This document shows positions 12,043 through 24,660 of a DNA stretch of 64,000 nucleotides, in pieces. The notes beneath the pieces were generated by a model, which saw only the letters and a list, made by a program, of their open reading frames with translations, was not told where the DNA came from and did not search any database. How positions within the stretch are numbered: position 1 is the first letter of the stretch; every line of letters starts with the position of its first letter. This DNA comes from Gracilinanus agilis (lineage: Eukaryota), in contig NC_058130.1 of NCBI RefSeq assembly GCF_016433145.1, forward strand, positions 596,459,840 to 596,523,839, read 5' to 3'. The position numbers and the translations under genes were made by a program.

Positions 12043-13327
12043 CTTCTATTGGCCATAGTTTCCTCATCTGTAAAATGAGGATGTTAGAATAGATGGTCCT
12101 AAGAGCCTTCCCCATTCTAGATTTATGATTTTATGTGTAAGCAACAGGGAGAGAAATGGGTTTGCCTGGGTTCATAATATTTATGTTGGAACTAAGGGAG
12201 AATTGCTATTCTTTTACATGAGATGAGGATGACTGGGGTTTCTAAGACTTTGAGAAATAATCATATATAAGAGCATTTCTAATGTTGTTTCGGTAGACAG
12301 GATAATTTCACACATGTTGAGACTAAAACCTAGGTGGGAAAAAGAAAAAATAGGATCATGGAAGAGCCAATATAGGCTCCCATGGAGTGATTTTGCTGAC
12401 ACAAATCAGCTTTGTTCTGCTCATTTTTGCCAGCCAAATATGCTCATATCTGTCTAAAATATCATACCACCTCCTGAGTTAAAAACAAGTAATGGTCTTT
12501 TTTGCTCCTTTTCCTATACTGATGATTTATTTGCTCTAATTCATGTCTTGTCTGGTCCCCCCCATAATCAACTACATAAATGTATAGGATGAAGGAGCTG
12601 ATTACAGAAATACAGAGCCACAGACTTGGAAGGGACCTCAAAGGCCTCTAGGTCAAGGATGGAGCCTATTCAATGAGGGCTAGTAAGAATGTGTTTGGCT
12701 GGCAGCTGTTTCTATATTTAGGGAAAGCATATTTTAAAGGGTGTGCATGAAGAGTTAGTGGTATACTAAAATATTACAGACTAAGTTACCTAGGAGGGTT
12801 GGAAAGTTTTCAAGAAGAAAATTCTGAAGAAAAAGAGTGAAACTACTTCCTTCCTGGCTCTGCTTCTGACTCTATGGATTTAGGCATATGATTTAGCCAC
12901 CTTCTCACCTTGGAACTTCCTTCCACCATGTTGGTCCCCTTCTCCCTTTTGAAGGCCTCTCTATAGAGGACAGACCCAGGCTTAGCATGCACCATTCCCC
13001 TCCTGTCTGGACTTTTGGCTCAATAAATCTAGCCAGTGAGGGTGACCCTGTGTGATTGCCTTTTCCTCACTCTAACTTCCTCCCCATCCCAGATTCCTTT
13101 TTACCATTATTTTCTGCTATTAAAATTCAAATTCCTTGAGGGCAGGGATTGTTTTTTTGCTTATATTTATATCCTGAGGATTTTGCACAACCTTTGGCAC
13201 AGAGAAAGAGCTGAATAAATGCTTGTTGGGTAGTCTGTTTGCCCTATGAGGCTAAGAAGGGAGAGTTTTCTAAAGAGATCAATGTGGATGTACAAAGAGA
13301 TCTCCAACCAACATAGATATGTTATGT

Positions 13328-13520
13328 GGCAGCTATGTGGCTTAGTTTTTAGAGAGCCCAACCTTAAGATGGAGGGTCCTAGGTTCAAATTTGGCCTCAG
13401 ACATTTCCTACCTGTACCATCTGGACAAGTCACTTAACCCCAATTGCCTAGTTCTTACTATTCTTCTGCCTTGGAACTGACAGTATTAACTCTAAGACAG
13501 AAAGTAAGGGATTAAAAAAA
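13328..13520 (+). mobile_element. Older SINE1_Mdo-related SINE
   Basis: ggtcctaggttcaaatttggcctcagac...aagtcacttaacccc...cttctgccttggaac...ctctaagacagaaagtaaggg plus A-tail. Confidence 0.75.
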
Positions 13521-13599
13521 AGACAGATACTGAAGAAAGTAAGGGCAGGGAATGAATGATGAATACAAAAAATGGCATAATCCTTTAAAAATAATGTCA

Positions 13600-14810
13600 A
13601 AGTGGTACAACTCAGCAAGAGCTCAGGCTAGGGAGAAAAGCTAAGGAGCAGAGAAAGGGTTTCTTTTTAGCCATATGGAAGGAAAGACAAAGAAGGGATG
13701 AGGATGGATCTAAAATTCATAATGGACAGGATGATGACATTATGTAATGAGGAGAAAGCAGAGCTCTTCCATGTTAGTTTTGCTTCTGTTCTTTCTGCTA
13801 TGAAGAATGACCTTGGGTGTTCTCATTGGAAAGGGCAGAACAAATGTGACTAACAGAGAGTTGATATCCAACATAAATAGGAAGGTAGAGAGCTCAAATA
13901 TTCAAGTCACCAGATGGAGATGAACCACTACTCAGGTACTGGAAGAAATGGCAGAAATGATTTCTGAGTTATTGTCAAGGATCTGTGAAAGATGGGTTAG
14001 AGTAGAAGAGACACCACAGTATTAGAAAAATAAAAATGCTGCCCTGATTTTGTTTTTAAAACAGAAGGGAATGTAGCCAGCAAACAGTAGGCTAAGAAAC
14101 TTAATTTTCATTCCTGGTAAAAATTCTCCAGCATTTTGGTAGAGGAATCCTTAGAAAAAGGAAGTCGTCATCATAAAGAAATGATATGACCTCATCAAGA
14201 ACAGATCCTGACACTGATTAGCCTAATTTCTTTTTGTGACAGGTAGATATAAAAATTCAGTAGGGCAGGTAGGTGGCTCAGTGATTAGAGAGTCAAACCT
14301 GAAGTCAGGAAGGCTTAACTTCCTGAATTCAAATCTGGCCTCAGACCTTTATTAGTTGTGTGACCCTGAAAAAGTCACTTTACCCTGTTTGTCTAAGTTT
14401 CCTCATTTGTGAAATGACCCAGAGAAGAAAATGGCAAACTGTTCTAGTATCTCTGCCAAGAAAACCCCAGATGGGGTCATGAAGAGTAAGACATGACTAT
14501 AATAATTGAACAACCAGAGAAATTGTTTACTTAGATTCTAGCAAAGATTTTTTACTCTCTTTTTAAGGCAGAGGAAGAGAAATGGGTTAGATAATCATAC
14601 CATTAGGTAGATTCAGAACTGACTGAATGTCTACACCCAAAGAGAAGTCATTGAAAGTTTACTGTCAACTTGCAAGAGACTTTCAGTAGTATCATCAGGA
14701 ATCTGTTTGTTGGGTTTTTTTTTGTACATGCTTTTCAATAACTTAGGTAAAAGAACAGATGACTGACTTTCAAGATTGGATAACACAAAGCTGGGTTAGG
14801 TGGGTAGCTA
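13600..14810 (+). mobile_element. L3/CR1 LINE fragment (RT region) interrupted by a MAR1 SINE
   Basis: CR1-like text (gagaaagcagagctc...tttgcttctgtt, aagtcacca, ttcattcctggtaaaaattct, tttacttagattctagcaaag). Frames are broken. Confidence 0.7.
14262..14515 (+). mobile_element. MAR1-type CORE-SINE nested in L3
   Basis: ggcaggtaggtggctcagtg head through ctctgccaagaaaaccccagatggggtcatgaagag tail. Confidence 0.85.
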
Positions 14811-15454
14811 ATAGTCTCAATGATGCTTTCTCTTCTCATCTCTACTTATGGTATCTTTCCTAGCTTTCCTAGTTGAAATATACAAGAAGTTTTTCAAGAC
14901 CTGCCTTAATTCTAGCACCTTCCTTTTGTTGGTCATCAATTGATCCTTTATCTTTTTGTACATAGTTTTTGAGCTGTTGTCTTCCCCATTAGACCATGAC
15001 CTCTTAGAGAAAAGTTAAAGTCTTTTGTTTTCTTTCTTTCCCAAATGCTTAACTCAATGGCTGGTACTTAACGGTCACTTAATGTTTTTTGACTCATTTT
15101 GTAGCTTAGATTATTGGACCAAATCTAGTTCCAAAAATCGCTTTCAAAAGTGCAGTGGGAGATGTGACATTCCAATCCTGTTCCTTGCAAATCTAATCAC
15201 TTTACTTCTAGCTTAGGTAACCTGTCTTTCTTCACCTTCTGGCTCTTTCAACCATTGTCCCATGTGAATGTCTAGGACTAAGGAAATGATATACCTTTCA
15301 CATTCCATAGTCAGAGAATCTACCTTAAAATCTTTCCTCTGGCACTTATTATCTGTATGGACACATTACTTAATCTCTCTTGGTCTCATTTTCTTCATCC
15401 ATAAAATGAGGAGTTTGGACAGTTGGGACCTCTTAGATTCCTTCTAGCTTAGAT

Positions 15455-15670
15455 CAAAGATTCTTATTCTGGAGTTCATGGACTGTGTATTTCAGGGAAT
15501 CCATGAACTTGGATGGGAAATTAAATATTTATTTCAATATAATTTCTTATCTTTGTAATCTAATGTATTTTATCACATGCATTAAACAAATCTCTGCAGG
15601 AAGACATCTGTGGGTTTCACTAGATTGCCAAGGAGGTCTGTGGTATAAAGAATTAATATCTGCTCTGTTG
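15455..15670. mobile_element. Ancient hAT-Charlie non-autonomous relic
   Basis: ccatgaacttggatggg...tatttcaatataatttc...ttcactagattgccaaggaggtctgtgg. Confidence 0.55.
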
Positions 15671-15814
15671 TAGATCTAGGATGCTATGGTGCTATGATTA
15701 AGTGATTCTATCATCCAACTGAGATACAGAAGTTTTTCATATGAGTTCAGGTTTGTAACTGCTTAGCAAAATTCCTGACATGTAGTCTATGTTTAAGAAA
15801 TACTTGATACTTGT

Positions 15815-16100
15815 TCTGTCTTTGTGTCTCTTTTTTTCCTGCCTGTTTCTGCCTCTTCCTCTCTCTGACATGTTCTCTCTCTTCCTCTCTACTCTGTTTC
15901 CCCATCTCTATCTCTTTTTGTTACCCTCTTCTCCCTCTCCCTCCCTCTCCCTCTGTTTGACTCTGTCTGTCTTTCTGTCTCTCTGTCTCTCTCTCTCCTG
16001 TTACTTTCTCCCCCTTTTCCCCCTCTCCCTTTCTCTGCCTCTCTTTCCATCTCAGTTACCCTCTTCTTTTTCTCGTCTGTCTGTCTTTCTTTCTCCCTCA
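15815..16100. repeat. CT-rich low-complexity tract
   Basis: Direct reading. Explains ORFs 15789 (+) and 15889 (-). Confidence 0.9.
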
Positions 16101-16469
16101 TACACCAGCACACAGGCTTATTGATGAAGTCATGAATCCATCATTTTCTTTATTCTGCTTTTAAATAGTTTTTATAGAACTTGTATTATGTACTTTTAAG
16201 AATCCTCACTCAGTTTATAAGAACCTTGAGGATAGGGATGAAACTTTCTGTCTATTTCATATACCCACAATACCTAGGATTCTATTATACATAAGAACAA
16301 CCCAATCAGTACTTATTGTTGCTGGCAAAGACCTATTGTGTGTCCTAGAAAACACAGATTTCTTTGGACCTGCCCCTTAAAAATAAAAACAGAAAATGTA
16401 GTTATGTTAGTATGATAGGCATTTGGAAGTACTCTTTAATTCCCCTCACATCAGCTCCCAGTCACATGG

Positions 16470-16960
16470 CAGTAACATAATTTAGGCTGATTATGGCCAT
16501 GCAGGAAACTGTCAAAAGGATACCCTGGGAGTTGAGTGGCACTGCTAAATTCTCAGGTTCCCACTTCCAAGATTTATCACATAACATCAAGGATAAAGAA
16601 GTTGTTTGCTGTGGTGATTGTCCTTTGGGGTGTATTGATCAGCTATTGATATGTAGTCAAATTTTCTTGCCCTGAGCAAAGAATCTACTGGGGGGAGGGA
16701 AAGTGAATGAGAGATGCTCATTCTAGCTGTGGCCAAGGGAGCAGCATTATGTGTTATTCAGTGCAAAGCCATGTACTTTATGTTCCATGATTTACCTTGC
16801 TGATAATTGTATTCCACTCCTCATAAATTAGCTTGCTGACAATCCATTCATCTGCTTCTCTTTTTTTTCTGTGCAGCCAGAGGGAGATGGTGTAGCAGGG
16901 CAACTTGAGGAGCAATTACAGGCTGATTGTGGGAAAGGAAGATACCAGTGATTGTCTTAC
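16470..16960. promoter_or_regulatory. Repeat-free island, putative conserved non-coding element
   Basis: Unique sequence between repeats, with clustered cataaa/aattag/tgctgac/tgaca motifs at about 16820-16845. Conservation is inferred. Confidence 0.35.
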
Positions 16961-17289
16961 ACTTTCAGACTTTCTTCATGACAAAAAGAGAAAGCAAAAA
17001 AACAAAATGTCATCTTTTACTCTTCCTGCACCCTCACCCATCATATCTAATCAGTTGTTAAGTCCTGCTAAGTCTACCTATTCTTCCTCCACTCCACATA
17101 CTGCCTAAATCTTTGTTTGTTTAGTCAAGGATCAGATAGAAACTCCTCTCCTTGGCACTGAAAGCTCTTCATAACCAGCTCTCATATAATAAGCCTCTCA
17201 ATGAAAATTAAGATCATATTTGCTTTTTTGACTCTTATTGAGTCTCATTCTCATAGACTATTTCATCTACTCTATCCTCTCCCATTGTA

Positions 17290-17585
17290 TTTACTTTTCT
17301 TGAACCACAGGATAGAATCTGACATTTACTCCTATTAAGTTCCCTTATTAGATCTGATCTATTGTTTTGAGCTTTTTGAGGTATATTTGAACCTTAATTT
17401 TATTATCTAGTGTATTAGCTGTGCCTCTCAGATTCGATGAGAGTGACATCTATGCCTTAATCTAGATCATTTGAAAAAATGTTGAATAGTATACGACCAA
17501 GAATAGATCCCTGGAACTCTCCACTAGAGATTTTCATTTGTCAATCCATTCATGTCTACTCTTTGAGTCCAGTTATTCAACCATT
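17290..17585 (-). mobile_element. L3/CR1 fragment
   Basis: Antisense CR1 text (tagatccctggaactctccactagag, ctctttgagtccagttattcaacca). Confidence 0.6.
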
Positions 17586-18257
17586 TGATGATGATGATGA
17601 TGAATGATTCTCAACTTTTGGGAATTATTTCAAGTGGTTCATCTTATTAAATGACTCAGTATGCTAAATTAAGCATGCTCTATAAAGGGAATTGGTCATG
17701 TTTTTGACAAATTGCTGCCTCAGAACCCCCTTTGCAAGGGACCACACTAACATCACTTCTCTTTTGTTGTACTTTGTTGTTTGACTTGTCTTTTAGAAAT
17801 GCTAATGTATTTGCACCATATTTCCTGAGCACTCAAGGAATTCTTTTCTCCCCAGAGTATCCATTTCTAAATTAGAAGAGCTTATATTGTGCCTAAATGC
17901 TCAATGGTACTTCTAATCATGCCCCTTCTCTATATTATATTCTTTTGCTGTCCAAACTCTGACATAAGTTAGGATTCTTTGGAGGATTTCTTCCATTTTT
18001 TTTGAGGAACATTTCATTTTTTTTCCTGATAGCGTAGTGAATAGAAAAATCTTCCAATCCTTTATTCTTCTCTTAAAAGATGGAGACTGTAGATTTCTCT
18101 CTTTCTCTGTCTTTCTGTCTCAGTCTCTTGATTACTTTGTACCTAACAATTGAAACAAGGCATCACAACTGCTGTGGGGTGTCAATGTGATATTCTCCTG
18201 CTGAGACAAATTCAAGGTTCTCTATTGTTGATATTCATTGTTTTTGTTGTTCATTGA

Positions 18258-18500
18258 TATTGTTGTTGTTCAATTGTTTCAGTCATATTGGGCTCTCATT
18301 ACTCCATTTGGGGTATTCTTGGCAGAGATACTTGAATAGTTTGTCATTTCCTTCTTCAGCTGATTTTACAGATGCAGTAACTGAAGCAAACATTGTTAAG
18401 GTACTTGTCCAGGGTCACAAAGCCAATAAGTGTCAGAGGTAAAATTTGAACTCAGGTATTGACTCCAGGTCTGGCACTCTATCCACTGTGCCACTTTGCT
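18258..18500 (-). mobile_element. MAR1-type CORE-SINE
   Basis: ttgttgttgttcaattgtttcagtc tail, then cttggcagagatac, cttgtccagggtcaca and tttgaactcagg. Confidence 0.8.
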
Positions 18501-18504
18501 CAAC

Positions 18505-18985
18505 ATTTAAAGACCTCCACAATCTTTCTCTAACATTTCCCTCTATCTTATTTAACATTATTTCACACTCAATTTTCTAGCCAAACTGGACTTCTAGATG
18601 TAACCAGCCTTTACATTCTGTACCCTCCCCCATTTCTGCATTTGTGTAGACCATCTCCTCATGCCTACAATGTATTTTTTCCATCTTTATTTAGCTATAG
18701 AAATACTTTTTTTCCTTTAAGGCCCAACTAAGGTGCCACTTCCTCCGTGATTCTTGATTTCCACAGCTGAAAGTTATCTGTCCATCTGTTCATTTTTCCA
18801 GAAAACTTTGGATTTCTCTCTTTTTCTCTTAACATTTTAACTTATATCATATATAAGTGTGTATATGTAGTATACTTTTTTAGATTCCATTTTTCTTAAG
18901 TCATGGACTGTGTTATATTTCATATTTGTATCTCCATAGTGGTTCATCCCAAGTAAGTATTTAATAAATATTTGTTGGATGAATA
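18505..18985 (+). mobile_element. L2 3' end
   Basis: ccaaactggac...catgcctacaatg...ttcctttaaggcccaac...ends taataaatatttgttggatgaat (canonical L2 terminus). Confidence 0.7.
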
Positions 18986-19012
18986 ATTGTATGAACTACC
19001 TTAATTTATTTG

Positions 19013-19252
19013 AGCAACTAGGTGGCCGAGGGTAGAGTATCGGACCTGGAGTTAGGAAGACTCATCTTTCTGAGTTCAAATCTGACCTCATGTACTTACT
19101 AGCTGTGTATCCTGGGCAAGTCACCTCACCCTGTTTACCTCTGTTTCCCCATCTGTAAAATGAAGGAACTGGCAAATCATTCCAGTATATTTGACAAAGA
19201 AACTCTAAATGGGGTCATGAAGGGTTGGATATGATGGGAAGCAACTAAAACA
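19013..19252 (+). mobile_element. MAR1-type CORE-SINE
   Basis: gagcaactaggtgg head, CORE and aaatggggtcatgaag tail. Confidence 0.8.
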
Positions 19253-19689
19253 ACCTTACTTTACAGCTGAAAACTAAGATTAGATTAAAAGATTTCCCAT
19301 TAGACTACAAAGTCCTAAAATGTATGACTTTTTTTTTTTTTGCATTTGTATCCCTAGTTTCCATATAGTACTTTAAAAATGGTGTCATTTTTTTTATCTG
19401 AACCTATAGTTTAATTGGTCCAGGGAACTCCTAGGTGAAAAAATTCCTTATATTAGCACTGGTTAACAAATATTCTTCATCTTAGAATCCTGGAGTGTTC
19501 TTACTGAATCTATGTTGCTATATTGATTTGTCCAAGGTCCCATGTGGTCACAGCCCATGACTAGACTGATGCACAGGCATCATTTTCCCCAACATCTAGA
19601 AGAGGAACTGAGAGGGTAAGTAGTCAGAGGTCACACAGCTGAATAATGATGAGCTATAACCCAAATTTCAATAGTCCTAGTGCAGGTGA

Positions 19690-21310
19690 TCATCATACAT
19701 CATTGCTGTTATTAGTGTTCTTCTGATCCTGCTTATTTCAGTCTGCATCAGTTCATGTAGTTCTGTCTAGCTTTTTTCCCAAAATCATCTATGGTATTCC
19801 ATCACCATTATATGCCACAATTTGTTTAGCCATTCCCCAATTGATGACATTCCTTCAATTTCCAATTCTTTACTACCTCAAAAAATGACTGCTATAACTA
19901 TTTTTTAATAAGTAGATCCTTTCTCCTTTCTTTAAAAAAATCTTTGGGATACAGACCTATTAGTGATATAACAGGATCAAAGGGTATGTAAAGTTTTACA
20001 GTTTTTTGGACACAGTTCCAAATAACCCTCTAGAATGGTTGGATTAGTTCACAATTAGTTCCACCAATATCCCAATTTTGCCACATCCCCTCCAACATCT
20101 ATTATTTTCTTTTACTGTCATATTGGCCAATCTGACAGGTGGGAGGTAGTACCTCAGAGTTATTTTAATTGCATCTCTCTAATCAAGAGTGATTTAGAAC
20201 ATTTTTCATATAATTATTGATAGTTTTGATTTCCTCATCTGAAAACTGCTTGTTTATATCCTTTGACAATTTATCAATTGAGGAATAACTTGTGTTCTTA
20301 TAAATTTGGTTCAGTTCTCTATATATTTGAGAAATGAGGCCTTTATCAGAGAAATTTTCTAAAAAAATTCCCCCTACCCCAGTTTGTGGTTTCCCTTCTA
20401 ATTTTGGTTACATTGTTTTTTTATATATAAAACCTTTAAAATTTAGTATAAGTAAAATTATTCATCTTTTATCTTGTAATGTTCTCTATCTCTTATTTTG
20501 TCATAAATTCTTCCCTTTTTTTGACTGCCTGAAGCCACAAATTTATATATTCGTGGGTGGACACTTGAGAAGGAAAAGGAAAATGGGTGAAGGAGATAGA
20601 AAGAGAGAGGGAACACAACAAAGGAAGAAAGACTAGGAGATAAAGGCTTCAAGAACATGGGATCCAGCGTGCATGCTCCTCTGATGGTGGAGGAGAGAGC
20701 AAGCTACATGTTTCCCCAGTCTTTTATTGGAGAATCAAGGAATGGGGAATGGGAGGTAGCTAATGAACATGTGACATGCATATTCTTTAACATTAACTTA
20801 ATTGACTACTACAAGATCAAAGAGGAGGGGGTTAATCAAACATGTGGCCTGGTAGGGAATCTGGTCTGTCAAGGTAGGAGCTAGGACCTTGGGGCAGTTA
20901 ATACCCTTCCCAGGAATTCTCCTGACCTTTGGACTGTAGGTTTGGAGAGTGGTCAGAATTAGTAGCATACCAATTAAATACAATGATGAAGAAATAATAT
21001 GACCATGAATCTGATACATGAGCATGTAAGTTACTATATTAATACATCAATAATACTTTCAAGATTAGAATATACCTGATATGGCACTCTTTTCCATAGA
21101 TGTGACAGGTAAACCATTCTATTCTCCCCTAATTTGCTCATTATATCACCCTTATGTCTAAATCATACACCCATTTTGGTATAAGGTGTGAGATATTGTT
21201 CTATGCCTAGTTTCTGCCATACTATTTTCCAGTTTTCCCGCAGCTTTAAAATATGAGTTTAAAAAATTCAAATAATAAGTTCTTTTTCCAAAAACTGGGA
21301 TCACATTTTT
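19690..21310 (-). mobile_element. L1 fragment (ORF2 3' part and 3' UTR) split by a solo LTR
   Basis: Antisense L1 text on both sides. cataaattcttccct (about 20505) continues as tttccatagatgtgacaggtaaac (about 21091). Confidence 0.85.
20522..21086 (-). mobile_element. Solo LTR (about 565 bp) inserted in L1
   Basis: TG...CA termini (tgactgcc...atggca), minus-strand AATAAA (forward tttatt, about 20722), and it interrupts a contiguous L1 sequence. No clean TSD seen. Confidence 0.7.
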
Positions 21311-23149
21311 TTTCCATCTGAAATCTAAATACCAGCTGGACCACCTACTAAGCCTTTGGAATCCTATCCTGTGGGTTTCTTCATATTACTTTTCTAGTTT
21401 AAAGTCCCTGAAATTATCTTAGGTTTAGCACATTTTAATGAGCTGTCTTATCAAAAGAGGCATGTAAGCTGAGTTAAAAGGTAAGATTCTTGGAATGCTT
21501 GGAAATTGTGGAAGATAAAACAATAGGGGATAAGAATTGGCATGGAATGAAAAATATAGAATTGTAACCAAGGCTGAGTGGGTGCTGTAACTTAAAGGAC
21601 ATTAACAGCAGTTGAAGTCCTTCAGATGGTAGGAATATCAGAATTTAGCAGCTATTAATTAAAACAGAAAGCCACATGGTGGGTGTACCCACTCCTTCTG
21701 GGTGAGTTCTTTCCCAATCTAGTCCCACTCCTTTCCTCCTGGACTACCCTCATGTAGTCTTCTCAACACTAAACAATATTGACCAATGGTCCTAGGCCTT
21801 CTCTAACTCGCCTGAATTGAGAGTGAGCTATTCACAGTTTACCTTGGGTGGGAAAATCAGTAATAACTTTGGTGGGGAAAAAGAAGATAAATGTGGAATA
21901 TACAGTGGGGAGGCTCAGAAGAAAGGAATTAGGAGGCTTGTTTTCTAGAGGTTTTTTCATACATATGTTACTGTGCATTTACCTTTTGGCATTTATATAC
22001 TGCAAAGTACAACATGCTCAGTTCAATAAAATGTTTTTTTCATGCATTCTGTGTGTCATCTCTGAAAAAAGGACAAGTGCTCCAGTTTTCATGTGCATCA
22101 TTCTGTTTTCATGACCTCTGGTCATTACCATTGAAGCCTGAGCAAAAGTGATTGGGAAAATGTCACATAGCAACATGTCCCATCTGCTTAGCAACCAAAC
22201 GAGGAGAGGTATCAAAATATATTAAACCAGATAACCCATCAAAAACCCTTAGGCAGAAATACCCCAAATTCTCAAGCTACCTTTACCCTTTTAATGATAA
22301 GCAAAACAGGAAATGGATTAAGCATCACCATGATTTAGGAGGGAGGAAGGAAAAGGCCATTGATAGAGAGAGCATCCTCCTGAGCTCTCGAGACATGGAA
22401 AGGACATTTGGGTTAAGGGCTACATGTCGTATTTTGTTGTCATTATAAACATTTTTTTAAATATTTCAGTCTTCTAGGTTATTTCTTCAGCAGCCATGAA
22501 ATTGAGGTATCCTAAGAGTAAAACTATTTACACATGAAGAAAAATGTTTCCAAGTATCAAATAAGCTTTCTAGGATGTCAGAGTACAATGGAGGACTCCA
22601 AGAAGTTAGACAGGAGGCTTTCCATTCTGCAAAAGTGTGGTGGATAGCAGGTGTAAAATGAAGCATACATTTTTCAGAATTGACTATTGTATTGATTTCT
22701 TTTGCTTGTACATAATTATTTGATAAGGGAGATTTCAATTGCCTGGAGGGAGGGGAAGTCATTGAGAAGTGACCATGATGTTATATGAGACCAAAGCACA
22801 CACATACACAAATTATGAATTATAGTGGCTTGGAAGGGTCAATTCACATTGCAGCAGCAAGTAGTCTAGTCCTCTCTGAAAGGAACTGAGTTGTTAGTCC
22901 ACAACAGGAGTAAGACCATAATAGGTTAAATCTTCTGAGTTAATTAAAAAAAACTCAATAATCAGATGATTGTGGGAACTTGTACTATAGATTCTCTCTA
23001 TTATTCTATTTTTCAGTAGTGGAGGAATAGATGAGGAGATGCTTGATATTAACTTTCCCCCCTCTTTTGACATGAATTCAGAAGTTTAGAACATTAAAAA
23101 ATTCTCTTCTGTGGTAATTTTGTTTACATTATATATATTTTATATATAT

Positions 23150-24660
23150 TTAACCACTATCAGGCTATTAAGGTAAGAAAGGAGGGTTTGGGAGGAAATA
23201 TGAGTTCATTTTTGAACATAATGAGTTTAAGAAATCTATGACTTCTGGTTTAAGATATCTAATGGGAGATGTGAGGCGGAGGACAGGAGAAAGGTTAGGA
23301 CTAGACAAAGAGATATGAGAGTCATCTGCATAGAGATGATAATTGAATCCATGGGATTGAATGGGATCACCAAGCAATAATACAGAGGGAGAAGAGAAGT
23401 GTGTCCAGGAGAAAAAGTGGAGAACACACTCAATTAGGAATTATGACTTGGATGAAGATGCTGCAAATGTATTTGAGAACCCAGAGAAAAGAGAATAATG
23501 AGAAGAAAGTGATCAACAATGTCAAAAGCTGCAGAGAGTTCAGGAAGGATATGGATTGAGAAAAGGCCATTAAATTTGGCAGTCAAGAGATTATTGGTTA
23601 TGTCAGAGAGAAAAGTTTCAGCTGAAAGAAGTCAGAAGCTAGACTGTTCAGAGTTAAGTAGAAAGTGAAGGGAAAGGAAATGGAGTCAATCAATCAATCA
23701 TATTGTAGATGGACTTCTTAAGGAATTTAGACATAAAAGAAAGTGAGGACATAAGACAATAGCTAGTTGGAGATAATGAATCAAGTAATACCTTTTTAAG
23801 GTTGGGAGAAACATGCATGTGTTTATAGGTAGTATAAGAAGCAGCCACAGAGTAATCATTAGTGAGAGAAGGCATAATAGAGGAGTAGCTAGGTGACTCA
23901 ATGGATAAAGCACTCTGCCTGGAGTCAGGAAATCCTGAGTTTAAATCCAACTTTGTATATTTACTAGCTACATGATGCTGGGCAAGTCATTTACCCCTGT
24001 TTGGCTCAGGTTCCTCATCTATAAAATAAGATATAGAAGGAATAGCACACCACTCCAGTATCTTTGCCAAGAAAATACTAAATTGGGTCTTGAAGAGTCT
24101 GACGCAACTGAAATACCTGAAAAACAATGAGGATAATAGAGGGGATACAATCTGCTGGACAAGATGGAGTAGAATGGACTTGTTTGTGCCTCCAGAAGAA
24201 TTTGTCTTAGCAAGGTGATGGGGTGAGGAGATAGTTGTTTAAGGAATCATTTGAGTTATGTGTGATATGTATGATGAGGAGGATGAGCGAAGACAGAGCT
24301 CTCAGTGAATGGCCTTATTTTTTTCATTGAAATATGAGGCAAAGTTCTTAGCTAAGAAGATTAGGGGCTAATATAGATATGGGAAAGGGCACTTAGGTGA
24401 CACAATGGATATAGCACTGGGCTTGGAATCAGGAAGACATCTTCATGAATTCAAATCTGACCTCAGACACTTAATAGCTGTGTGACCCTGGGCAAGTCAT
24501 TTCACCCTGTTTGCCTCAGTTTCCTCATCTGTAAAATGAACTGATGAGGGGTCACAAATAGTCAAACATGACTGAAATGAGTGAACAACAAAAATAGCTA
24601 TGGGAGGTTCAGAAAAGGATGAAAAAGTTTTGAAAAATTGGTGTGGTTAGTGAAATATTT
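23150..24660 (-). mobile_element. L2 LINE fragment carrying two nested MAR1 SINEs (about 23880-24125 and 24385-24592)
   Basis: Antisense L2 text. ORF 23168- translation (HGFNYHLYADDSHISLSSPNLS) contains the L2 RT YADD motif. Confidence 0.85.

Noticed and set aside
17807-17876. Peptide NANVFAPYFLSTQGILFSPEYP resembling a CUB-domain G-x-I-x-SP-x-YP motif after a good acceptor
   Set aside because: An in-frame stop follows a few codons later, there is no usable donor, and the CUB cysteines are absent.
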